Below are positions 40,242-52,345 of a stretch of DNA of 64,000 bases, one piece after another (within the stretch, counting starts at the first letter, position 1; each line of letters begins with the position of its first letter). The DNA lies in contig NC_043014.1 of the NCBI RefSeq assembly GCF_006345805.1, positions 13,888,001-13,952,000 on the forward strand, written 5' to 3'. The notes beneath the pieces are model-generated. The model was not told the DNA's origin. It made no database searches and saw nothing but the letters and a program-made list of their open reading frames with translations. The stretch comes from Octopus sinensis. Taxonomy: Eukaryota. The position numbers and the translations under genes are program-made.

Positions 40242-40406
40242 TATAAGTGATTTTAATACTTATACATACAAGGGGGTGCTGGAAAGTTCCTGGTTTTAAG
40301 GGTATCGCAAAAGGCCTAGATGGAGGCCCAACTTTCCAAGTTCATTTTACAGGGTTTAGTAAAACTAAAGGACAACTGCAATAAGTATGTGAATCTCAGA
40401 GGGGAA

Positions 40407-41073
40407 TCATCATCATCATCATCGTTTAACATCCATTTTCCGCGCTAGCATGGGTTGGACGGTTCGACCGGGGTCTGGGAAGCCTGGGGCTGCACCAGGC
40501 TCCAGTCGAGGCGGCGCTGGCATCGGTCACGTTCGGATGGTGCTTTTTATGTATCTCAACTACTATTTCCATTGATATTTATTTCGATGTTGATATACTT
40601 GACTCAATAGGTCTCCTCAAGTACAGCGGGATGTTCTGGAATCCAAGGTACTTTGAATGGGCAGGGGCTATGCGGGACTGGTGCAGGAAGCAGCCCGGGT
40701 CTTTGCAGTCACAGCATATCTCCAGAGATCTCGGTCCTTCGCCATTGCCTCAGTGAGGCCCAACACTCTGAGGTCATGCTTGACTACCTCATCCCATGTC
40801 TTCCTGGGTCTACCTCTGACCCTGATACCTTCAACTGTTTGGGAGTGGCACTTCTTCACACATCTCTCCTCATCCATCCGCAGCACATGACCATACCATC
40901 GCAAGCGTCGCTCTTGCACACCGCATCTGAGGCTTCTTATGCCTAGCATTTCTCTCAGGGTGCTTACCCTCTGTCGTGTGCGCACACTGACATTACACAT
41001 CCAGCGGATCATGCTAGTTTCATTCCTTTCAAGTCTACGCATGTCCTCTGCAGTCTTGCACACATGCGTCATA
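40407..41073 (-). mobile_element. RTE LINE 3' end, relatively intact
   Basis: ORF 40668-41072 (RRLERNETSMIRWMC..RLRWYGHVLRM..GRPRKTW..DRDLWR) followed by 3'UTR and (GAT)n tail. Confidence 0.92.
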
Positions 41074-41580
41074 CAATCTACCTTTCACTTTGAGTGAATA
41101 AAATCATAATTAACTGATCCTCCTGTATTTTCTTTAATCCAAAGCCTGGAACTTTTCAGCACACCCTTATATATATACATACATATATTTGCATAAATAC
41201 GCGCGCATACACACACACATTCACAGACATGGCTGTTGGTTAAGAAGCTCACTTTGCAAACGTGGTTTCAGGTTCAATCCCACGGCACAGCAGCTTGGGA
41301 AAGTGTCTTCTACAGTAGTCCCAGGTCAACCAATGTTTTATGAGTTTTTTTGGCAGATAGAAACTGTGTGGAAGCTTGTCATATACATACACGCACATAC
41401 ATACATACATACATACATACTTACATACATACGTATGTATGTATGGCTGTATGTATGTGTCTTTGTGTCCGTGTTTCTCCCTCTCCTGTCACTTGACAAC
41501 TGATGTTGGTTTGTTTACATCCCCATAACTTAGCAGTTTTGCAAAAGAGATGAATAGAATAAATACCAGACTTATTCTAA

Positions 41581-41812
41581 GGTGGCGAGCTGGCAGAAAT
41601 GTTAGCACACTGGGTGACATGCTTAGCGGTATTTCGTCATTCTTTACGTTCTGAGTTCAAATTCCACCGAGGTCGACTTTGCCTATCATCCTTTTGGGGT
41701 CGATGAATTAAGTACCAGTTACACACTGGGGTTGATGTAATCGACTTAATCCCTTTGTCTGTCCTTGTTTGTCCCCTCTATGTTTAGCCCCTTGTGGGCA
41801 ATAAAGAATTAA
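41581..41812 (+). mobile_element. SINE-B monomer inserted in a SINE-A
   Basis: Head plus body; flanking duplication AGAATAA(AT/GA)ACCAGACT. Confidence 0.88.
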
Positions 41813-44079
41813 GAATAAGAACCAGACTGGAAAAAAAGAAAATAAAAATAATCTGGAGTCAATTTACTTGATTTAAACCCTTCAAGATGATGCCTCGGCA
41901 TAGCTACAGACCAATAAGTGCTCACCTGGCACTTACTTTATTGCCACTCCTGTAAGGATGAAAGGCAAAGGTGGCTTCAGTGGTATTTGAACTCAGGATG
42001 TAATGAGTCAGTAAAAATTCCACTAACCATTTTTGAGGGAGACGGGGCAGCAGGAAATGATGATGGTAATGCTTTTCCCAAAGACATTAACAGATTAAGT
42101 GAAGGAAATAGCTTCAATAAGGAATTGAAACTTGTTTTCACATATTAGTTGAACAGAACTTCTACACTGCTAACCAGAGAAAGCATTTGGTACAGTAATC
42201 AGTAGTGATAAGAATACTAGATCTAATGCTGTAAAACACACGCACATGCACACACATAATATATATATATATATATATATATTTATTTATTCATTTATTT
42301 ATTTATTTTGAATTGGATCCAACTGTAATAAACTAATGTTCATTTCAGATAGGAAGAGTTGATTCTTTTGTATTTACAACTAACGAAATATCTTTATTAA
42401 GATATCTGAGATTCTTCTAAAGGAGATGCTAATTTGATACTAAATCTTTTCAATCTCACCAATTTGGGAATGTACACTTATTCTCCGTTTCCTCTCATTC
42501 ATTCATGCACATATTGTACGATATCCCACAACCCAATTAACTGACAGAGCACTCACATCTACTAATCCATTGACATGCCATCATTTCCTTTTCTTTCTTA
42601 TATCATTACTTTAATGGATCTGTTCTGTGCATCCCCCAGTTTTACATCACTTCCACTTAAACCCACTTGATGTAAGTGCCTCTCCCTCCCCTTCTTATCA
42701 GTCTTACTGTGTCCCCTGTCTCAGATCTTACACTAAAGTCTTCATGTAGTCTATCACCTCCAGAATTACATTTAACTATAACTTATCTACTCATATTTCT
42801 GTTCCCATCGCCACAAGTTCAAACTGAATGACCTGTCTGTATCAACCTTTAAAGCTCAAACTAATGAAGGGAGTCTCTAGGTGGTTGATCAACCTGCTAG
42901 AAACAGTTGCCAAATTTCCTTCAAATCACATCCTATCATCTTACAAAATGAAGTAAACACTAGAATTTGCAGACCTGTATTTACCACAACCATCATCATC
43001 ATCATCATTTAATATCCCTTCTTCTATGCTGTATATGTTGGATGGTTCAACATGAACTGATGAGCCAGAGGGCTGCACTGGGCTTCAGTGTCAGCTCTGA
43101 CAGGGTTCCTAAGGCTGGATACCCTTCCTAATGCCAACCACCGAGGGCCTTTTCATGTGGCACCAGCACCAGTGAGGTCACCAACTACTTGCAAGACAAG
43201 AGCCTCCCCCCCACCTCAACTGAGTGGGGGAATAGTATTAAAGGATATGAAAGAATGATAGACGTACAACAGCAGGTGTCATGCTGAAGAGGTGAATACA
43301 TTTCTGAGAGAAAACTAATTTTAGGGTGCTCATGATCTGAATACCTTTAATCACAGACCCTCTCAGTCAGAGCTGATCTGGGCTAAACAACAACAACAAC
43401 CACATCAAGCTATTCTGTCTCCTAATGTCATGGTTCTGGGTTCAGTCCCACTGCATGATGCCTGGGGCAAGTGTCTTCTGCTATAGCCTCAGGCCGACCA
43501 AAGCCTTGAGTGGAGTTGGCAGATGGAAACTGAAAGAAGCCTGTCATATGTATGTATGTATCATCATCATCATTTAACATCCTCCTTCCATGCTGACTTG
43601 GGTTAAATGGTTTGACAGGAGCTGGCCAGGTGGGAGCCTATACCATGCTTCTGTGTCTGTTTTGGCATGGTTTTAAGGCTGGATACCCTTCCTAACACCA
43701 ACCACTCCGTAGAGTGGCTTGAGTGCTTTTTATGTGGCATTTGCACAGGCAATGTCAGTTTTTGGCATGGTTTTTACAGCTGGATGCCCTTCCAAATGCC
43801 AACCACTTTACAGTGTGAACTGGGTATTTTTGAAGTGGCACCCTATCACCACCACCACTTGACAGCTGTTATTGGTGTGTTTACATCACCATAACTTAGT
43901 GGTTTGGCAAAAAAGTCTGATAGAATAAGTACTAAGCCTAAAAAAATATGTCCTGGAGTCAATTTATTCAACTAAAACCCTTCAAGGCAGTGCCCCAGCA
44001 TGGTTGCAGTCTAATGGCTGAAACAAGTAGAAGATAAAAGATAACATTATGTAATACCGGATAAAATAAATATATAAAG

Positions 44080-45088
44080 CAGGTGTTCTCAACTACTTTT
44101 ATCTATGGACCCCTTTGATTACTATTTTATTCTGGTGGAACCCCATAGCCATTCGGTCTCCCCTTCGTAAATATATAAGGACACAGGAAATGTGTCAAGG
44201 CCGACAGGAAGTGTCAATGCTTCCTAGGGTTAAACAGCGGTGGTGTAATTCCCTTACAGGAATGTCACATTAAGTTGACAGTATACAACTACTCTATTGC
44301 TCCACCACCGTACATATCTCTATGAGATATTTAGAAATTTAATATGCCTAAAAGCTAGTTTTATAAATACTTCTTTCAAAATTCCTGTTTTGTGTTTCAC
44401 ACATTCACTTGTATAAGTTTGCAACAGAACTTGCTGAGAGAACATGTTTCAGTTGTTGAGAACATGTAAAACTATGCAAAACATCAGAGAAAGAAACCTA
44501 GCTGTTTCGTATTGCTTTACTGCCCACAAGGGGCTAAACATAGAGGGGACAAACAAGGACAGACAAACGGATTAAGTCGATTATATCGACCCCAGTGCAT
44601 AACTGGTACTTAATTTATCGACCCCGAAAGGATGAAAGGCAAAGTCGACCTTGGCGGAATTTGAACTCAGAACGTAACAGCAGATGAAATATTTATTTCT
44701 TTACTACCCACAAGGGGCTAAACACAAAGAGGACAAACAAGGACAGACAAAGGGATTAAGTCGATTATATCGACCCCAGTGCATAACTGGTACTTAATTT
44801 ATCGACCCCGAAAGAATGAAAGGCAAAGTCGACCTTGGCAGAATTTGAACCCAGAACGTAACAGCAGATGAAATACCGCTAAGCATTTCGCCCAGCGTGC
44901 TAACGTTTCTGCCAGTTCGCCACCTTAAACCTAGCTGTTTCTAACTATAAACACATCTACAGCAAAATTTTCTTCGTGGCCCTTTAAAATACTAACATGG
45001 ATCCCCAGTTTATTATTTTCTTGCATGGGCCCCAAAAATCTGATATTGATCCCCCAGTGTCCATATGGACCCTGGTTCAGAACCACTG
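44080..45088. mobile_element. hAT-type non-autonomous element with nested insertions
   Basis: CAGGTGTTCTCAAC ... GTTCAGAACCACTG termini; 8 bp TSD ATATAAAG / ATATAGAG. Confidence 0.8.
44509..44926 (-). mobile_element. SINE-B dimer
   Basis: One head plus 2 bodies; perfect 15 bp TSD AAACCTAGCTGTTTC at 44494-44508 and 44927-44941. Confidence 0.92.
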
Positions 45089-45984
45089 ATATAGAGAGTA
45101 TGATTATAGCTGAAACATTGATCATTGTTCTGCTCGCTTATCGTTGACCTGGGGCTAAACAACAACACCGCAACAACAACATGAGAAACGTGCGTGTGCG
45201 TGGGCATGCATGCACACATATTTCTAATCAATGCTGATGAAAGGAGACAGGATATAAGACAACTGATAACAGTAAGTAATTGAAGTTAATAAAGACAAGA
45301 TAAGACATTTATAGAGTTCCAACCACTTGTCAACTCTCCTTAATCTAGATTAAGAATGTTTTAAAAGAGGTGCAACAATACTTGTGTTGAAATGAGGAGA
45401 ATGGAAAAATAAAAATACAAAAATACACACATACAAATAAATAAATATCAAACACACACACACACACACTCAGCAGGGAGAAAGAGCGAGAGAGAGAGAG
45501 AAAATCAATGATAAAGATAACAATCTTATGTTATCTGATAGTCTAATCTGTTTGCATTGATATCTAAACATATTGAAAGTGAACAAGAGCTGAACAGTGG
45601 GAGCGAGGAGATGCCGGCTGCTACTGCTGAGTTTGGAGATATGGTGGTGTAAGAGTGAGGTTATAAGGGGGGCTGGGAGGGGGTGGGGTGGGGGAGAAAA
45701 TGAGTCATAAGAATAATAATATAAACTGATAAAAAGATAAATAGGTAGTAAAGAAAAAAGTGTAAGATACAAAAGTAAAACTATACAGGAAAAAGAAGAG
45801 GAAAAAACCCGAAGAAGAAACTACTGCACGTGTTGCAAATGTGAAAGTAATTGCATTACTGAAAGACAACAAAGTTCATATATTGATTAACGAGAGAGTA
45901 CTGTGAAGAGAGAGAGAGATAGTGCATAACAGAGAGAGAGAAAGAGATAGTGCATAACAGAGAGAGAGAGAGATAGTGTATAAC

Positions 45985-46030
<46 letters not shown>

Positions 46031-46993
46031 TATAACAGAGAGAGAGAGAGAGAGAGAGTGTCATATGAGAGAGAGAGAGGCAGACAGACAGAGAGAAAGG
46101 GAGATTAAAGCTGAGTGGAGACAGACAGGAATGGAGGTGGTGGGTGGAAGAAAGAGAAAGAGGAAACAAGCAGAGACACCTAACATATTTGAGGATCAAT
46201 AGACTATCAAATGCTGTCTACTTCACCATATAGGATGATGATGGCTTGTAAAGCTTTAAAAACAAGTCATCCAAAACTTGGTGGGTGTCGTCTTACAACT
46301 GTTGTGTAAAATTTAAAATACTGGTGGCGTGCTGCCCTACTGACCCCAGTAGGTTTCAGATCTCTGTCTGACCACTGTTCCCATCAGGGATAAGTTCCAT
46401 GAACTTATCCCTGATGCTCCTTTACACCATACCTTACTGATTTCTGAAAGTTCACAGGTTATAGAAGTGTGTGTGTGTGTGTGTGTAGGGAGGGTGTTAA
46501 TGTCACAATCGATTTCATTGACATCCAGAACTTAACTGGTACTTCATCACCCTTTCCTCTCTTGAAGGATAAAAGGCAATGTTAAACCCAACATAACCAT
46601 TTAACTTTTTGTTTTATATGTTTATGCCGGACCCCCTGGCACCTGTGCAGGTGGCACGTAAAAAGCACCCACTACACTCGTGGAGTGGTTGGCGTTAGGA
46701 AGGGCATCCAGCTGTAGAAACACTGCCAGATCAGACTGGAGCTTGGTGCAGCCCCTGGCTTCCCAGACTCTGGTCGAACCATCCAACCCGTGCTAGCGCA
46801 GAAAACGGACGTTAAACGATGATGATGATGATGATGATGTTAGTTTGGAGGGACAGAGCACATGACTTTTGCAGGCAGGGCCTGCTGGACTGGTGAGATT
46901 GATGCAGTTAATACTTAGTCTGCATACAGAGAAATCTAAAGCCAAAGAGGAACCTTAGATCTGGTATGAATACTTGCAATTGAATGTATTAAC

Positions 46994-47736
46994 CCTGTAG
47001 CATTTAAATTACTCTAGTTAAATGTAATGTTGTCTTATTCACATTGTTTTGAATTAATCTTGCATTATCTCATAACTTCAAGATTTTGATAATGTGATTC
47101 TTTTATTTTTAAGAATCACATTTGTAGGGTAGATGTGAGAGGTTAGATCTGGCCAGTTTGAACATGAAACAGGTGGAATATTTGGGCCAGATACAACCGG
47201 TCTAACCCTTTCTTTACTGGATTTATTTTGAGACACTCTGTTTCTTTTGATTATTTTAAAATATAACAAAGAATTTAGTAAAATAACTTAGTTATCATTA
47301 AGCTAGTGTTAGGAACATAAATTGTGACTAACGTTTGGTGGAAGATTTTAATTCAAAACTTATGGAAACAAGACATTTGTACTCAGAGCCAGAAGCAGTT
47401 TCAGCTGGGTTGGTAAAGAAAGGGTTAAACCAGTCATATCCAGCCATATTCTATCAGTTTTATGTTCAAACTGGCCAGATCTCACCCCTCACACATACAC
47501 CCTACATTGCCATTCTAAAAATAAACAAAATGCTCTGTGTTTCTTTCAATTATTTTAAATATAACAAAGAATTTAGTAAAATAACTTAGTTATCATTAAG
47601 CTAGTGTTAGGAACATAAATTGTGACTAGGGTTTGGTGGAAGATTTTAATTCAAAACTTATGAAAACAAGACATTTGTACTAGCCAGAGCCGGTTTCAAC
47701 CGGGTTAGTAACGAAATGGTTAAATGCTAAAGGGTT
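46994..47736. mobile_element. Nested piggyBac-type MITE cluster
   Basis: Family 1 is split at its subterminal TTAA by family-2 copies (47206-47718) and an inverted family-1 piece. Confidence 0.75.
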
Positions 47737-47949
47737 AAAGACACCAGATGGTAGTGTTTAAACTGGATGGTATGCAAGGCATACCGTGAACTCAAAATAT
47801 CAAGAGATATAAGTAAACAACACAAGACAGTTTGTAGTCTGCTCTACTGATTCTACCAAGTCACTACCTCTTTTTATATCTTTTCAAAAACTATCCACAA
47901 CAACAGTAAGTATGACACTATGGAATACAGTGCCATACATTCAAATACT

Positions 47950-48158
47950 CTTTTACTCTTTTACTTGTTTCAGTCATTTGACTGTGGCCATGCTGGAGCA
48001 CCGCCTTTAGTCAAGCAAATCGACCCCGGGACTTATTCTTTGTAAGCCCAGTACTTATTCTATCGGTCTCTTTTGCCGAACCGCTAAGTGACGGGGACGT
48101 AAACACACACCAGCATCGGTTGTCAAGCAATGCTAGGGGGACAAACACAGACACACAA

Positions 48159-48193
<35 letters not shown>

Positions 48194-48365
48194 CATATAT
48201 ACGACAGGCTTCTTTCAGTTTCCGTCTACCAAATCCACTCACAAGGTATTGGTCGGCCCGGGGCTATAGCAGAAGACACTTGCCCAAGATGCCACACAGT
48301 GGGATTGAACCCAGAACCATGTGGTTGGTTAGCAAGCTACTTACCACACAGCCACTCCTGCGCCT
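47950..48365 (-). mobile_element. SINE-A, full length and young (CpGs retained)
   Basis: Near-identical to the reverse complement of 30306-30720 and 56488-56905. Confidence 0.92.
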
Positions 48366-48868
48366 GTAACAAATGTTACAGTTGATTACATAATTTATTC
48401 AAACTTTGCTTTATGATCATTTAATTGAATTTAATTTCAGAAAATTGATCAGCTGAATCAAATGACCGAAACAAAGTAAAAGAGTAAAAGTTTTGGTTAC
48501 TATTTAGTTACTTATGGCGGAATTCTTCTTACAGATTTGAATATCATCATCATCATCATCATCATTTGACATCTGTTAAATGATGATGATGATGATGATG
48601 ACATTCAAATCTAAAGAGGAAATGTTGATGTTATGTTTCACCACAGGAGAATAACTTCTCCTTTGCGGTGAGTGTGCGTTCTTAACGCACGATTCAATTC
48701 ATTAGCACAAGGGATTTGGGCAGAGCTGATGTTTTGACATCGTTATGTCTCATCAGTCAGAAGCACCCCAGACTAATGAACGAAGCAAAAATTTGAAACT
48801 CTTGTTTACAACTTCAGCAAACAAACTATTTGCTGATCTTTGTGATATCTGCCAACCAATGATAAAGC

Positions 48869-49830
48869 TATTTCTTTACTACCCACAAGGGGCTAAACAC
48901 AGAGAGGATAAACAAGGACAGACAAACGGATTAAGTCAATTATATCGACCCCAGTGTGTAACTGGTACTTATTTAATCGACCCCGAAAGGATGAAAGGCA
49001 AAGTCAACCTTGGCGGAATTTGAACCCAGAACGTAGCTGCAGATAAAATACCTATTTCTTTACTACCCACAAGGGGCTAAACACAGAGAGGATAAACAAG
49101 GACAGACAAACGGATTAAGTCAATTATATCGACCCCAGTGTGTAACTGGTACTTATTTAATCGACCCCGAAAGGATGAAAGGCAAAGTCGACCTTGGCGG
49201 AATTTGAACCCAGAACGTAGCGGCAGAGGAAATACCTATTTCTTTACTACCCACAAGGGGCTAAACACAGAGAGGATAAACAAGGACAGACAAACGGATT
49301 AAGTCAATTATATCGACCCCAGTGTGTAACTGGTACTTATTAATCGACCCCGAAAGGATGAAAGGCAAGTCGACCTTGGCGGAATTTGAACCCAGAACGT
49401 AGCGGCAGAGGAAATACCTATTTCTTTACTACCCACAAGGGGCTAACACAGAGAGGATAAACAAGGACAGACAAACGGATAAGTCAATTATATCGACCCC
49501 AGTGTGTAACTGGTACTTATTTAATCGACCCCGAAAGGATGAAAGGCAAGTCGACCTTGGCGGATTTGAACCCAGAACGTAGCGGCAGAGGAAATACCTA
49601 TTTCTTTACTACCCACAAGGGGCTAAACACAGAGAGGATAAACAAGGACAGACAAACGGATTAAGTCAATTATATCGACCCCAGTGTGTAACTGGTACTT
49701 ATTTAATCGACCCCGAAAGGATGAAAGGCAAAGTCGACCTTGGCGGAATTTGAACCCAGAACGTAACGGCAGACGAAATACCACTAAGCATTTCGCCTGG
49801 CGTGCTAACGATTCTGCCAGCTCGCCGCCT
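48869..49830 (-). mobile_element. SINE-B pentamer (5 x 180-184 bp plus one head)
   Basis: Unit starts at 48869, 49053, 49237, 49419, 49599; 11 bp TSD CCAATGATAAA at 48856-48866 and 49834-49844. Confidence 0.93.
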
Positions 49831-50147
49831 TTTCCAATGATAAACCATCACATGCATGGTGAACAGGGAGAACATTTTTAACTAAGTCATCACTTTGATT
49901 CTCATTCCTCACCATGAATACAATGGTTTATTATTATGACAGGTAGATACGTAGATAGCAAGAGAAAGAGAGAGAGAAAGAAAGAATGAGAAAAATAGAT
50001 ATTATATTGTGCAAACTAAATATCTTGAATTCTGAGGTAGTAGTTTCTTTTTAATCAATAAAATAGTTATATAAATTTCATATTTTAAGACTGTAGCTAG
50101 AGATCTATGTAGATATAGAACAATAATCTAAAAAAACACATTGCTAA

Positions 50148-50538
50148 TCTCTATATATATAAAGTTGAAGTTGTCTGTGTATGGCAGGTTTGGTAGTCTT
50201 CAACTAACACTATCTCCTCTGAGACCCTGCAGTGCAAGTTGACCAAAATTGAGAGTATGATAGAAGAAGGCTTGCTCTCCCTTCCATAGAAGAAAAAATT
50301 CAAATCGGACCATGTTAAGACCAAAAGTTATTTACATCAAAAAGGTGCTTTTTTTCTATGAAAATCCCTATTTTTTATGACTTTTTTACTGCTGTGTTGC
50401 CATTTTTCGGTGTATTTCAACCAGAAAAATGTTCACTTAAAGAGAATAACAAGTGCATAATGCAAAATTTTTACTTTTCAAAAATTCCAATTCTAAAGGG
50501 TCAAAACAAACCCGAGCAACACCGGGCGATACTGCTAG
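50148..50538 (+). mobile_element. Non-autonomous Helitron
   Basis: A|TC start, subterminal hairpin CCCG-AGCAACAC-CGGG (50511-50526), CTAG|T end. Confidence 0.85.
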
Positions 50539-51119
50539 TAGTTATAAAAATTTCATATTTTAAGACTTTAGCTAGAGATCTATGTAGATATAGAACAATG
50601 ATATAAAAAATACATGAATACACTATGCATTTATCTAGAAAAAAATTGAGTTAGGGCTTGAGTGAATGTCTTTGAACATAGAATTGTTACCCTGTATGCA
50701 AATATATGTATACATACACATATACAAACATGTGTACTTACATACAGAGAGAGACAGAGAGCTGACCTGGGACTAAAACAGCAACATAAAGAAATTACAA
50801 AACTATATTTTATAATAAATACGATTCAAAAACTTTAAATTTTTTTGCCAGTAGTTTCCAATTAGTCACTAAAAAAGCTATACAGGTTATATGTATCAAG
50901 GCTAGAGTTATGTAAACACAGAACAATACTATACTGTACTATGAAATATATCGATAGATTATCAGCCAGCATTGTATGAATAGACAGATGTAAATATTTT
51001 GTTTGTATATGTGTTATCTTCATGGACAAAAGAAATATTAACCAGACCAGACTAGTTTCATTTTCAGTGACTGGATACACCTCTTTCACCATCTAAGGTT
51101 ATACAGCTTGACCTTCGAA

Positions 51120-51735
51120 CAATGGGCCTTTTTGAGGCAATGACAAGTGACTGAGAGCTTTGGAGATATGCTGTGCTTGAGAAGACCTGGAAAGCCAAGT
51201 GAGACCATAACCATAGCCTATGCCAGTGTTGCATAACCAGCCCATTTAAGAGTACCCTTCAAACATTGGGCAATAATCTCCACTTGCGAAGACCGGTTGA
51301 GGCAAGTGAAATTGTTGTCATGGCCAATGACAGTACCGCCTATCTGGCACCTGTGCCAGTGGAACATTAAAAGCACCATTCAAGTGTGGTCGTTGCCAGT
51401 GTCGCCTGACTGGCTCCTGTGCCAGTGACACGTAAAAACCACCATTCAAGCATGATCATAGCCAGCGTTGCCTGACTGGCTCCTGTGCAGGTGACATAAA
51501 AAGCACCATTTGAGCATGGTCGATGCCAGTACCGCCTGACTGGCCTTCGCGCTGGTGCTATGTTAAAGCACCCACTACATTATCAGGATGTTTGGCGTTA
51601 GGAAGGGCATCTAGCTGTAGAAACTTTGTCAGATCAGATTGGAGCCTGGTGCAGCCTTCTGGCTTACCAGCCCTCAGTCAAATCGTCCAACTCATGGCAG
51701 CATAGAAAGCAGATGTTAAACGACAACAATGATAT
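51120..51735 (+). mobile_element. RTE LINE 3' end with tandem ~60 bp 3'UTR units
   Basis: GLFEAMTSD*ELWRYAVLEKT, then repeated GCCAGT..CCTGACTGGC..AAAAGCACCATT units and a tail. Confidence 0.82.
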
Positions 51736-51984
51736 ATATATCTCCGCTTGTGAAGACCTGTTGAGGCAAGTGAAATTGTTATATATATATATATATTTAT
51801 ATATGTGATAAATAAAAATATATGCATACATACAAACATATATGTACGTACCTACATCTACATGTATATATACATGCATATATAAATAATTATACGTGAG
51901 TACAGGACACCACAATAAGACGTAGAAACGGAAAATCAAAAAAACAAAAAACAAGAAAACGAAAAAACAAAAAACAAGAAAACG

Positions 51985-52037
<53 letters not shown>

Positions 52038-52069
52038 AGTAGTTTGTTTTGTTTTGTTTTGTTTTTCCA

Positions 52070-52345
52070 AGATACATCTCACATATGCTGTGGGATGCAT
52101 TATCAGTGATGTTTCTGGGGTTTCATGGGACTTTGGGACATCAGACCTCCTCACCCAGTTGACCCAGCTGAGGTTGAGCAAATCCCAGTTTCCATCCCAG
52201 CAGCAAAACCTCCAGTCTGCCCACTCTATCCAAACCCATGCGGTGGCCTTCTCTGCAGCTTCTGTAATGGAACTTATGGTCCTCCTCTTTGCAGTACCAG
52301 TAACTCCAAGCCTTGTCAAAGCTTTATAATGTTGGCAGTAAGTCT
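52070..52345 (-). mobile_element. 3' end of a HERO-like (restriction-like endonuclease) non-LTR retrotransposon
   Basis: ORF 52026-52319 has LGVTGTAKRRTISSITEAAEKATAWVWI, resembling the HERO C-terminal motif as I recall it (LGITG..RRRAI..TEAAEKASRWLWI); the downstream part resembles the HERO 3'UTR. Confidence 0.7.

Noticed and set aside
52072-52337. Host coding exon on the + strand (MGLWDIRPPHP..., or a selenocysteine TGA at 52107)
   Set aside because: The antisense frame matches a HERO-like retrotransposon C-terminus, no partner exons were found, and there is no SECIS evidence.
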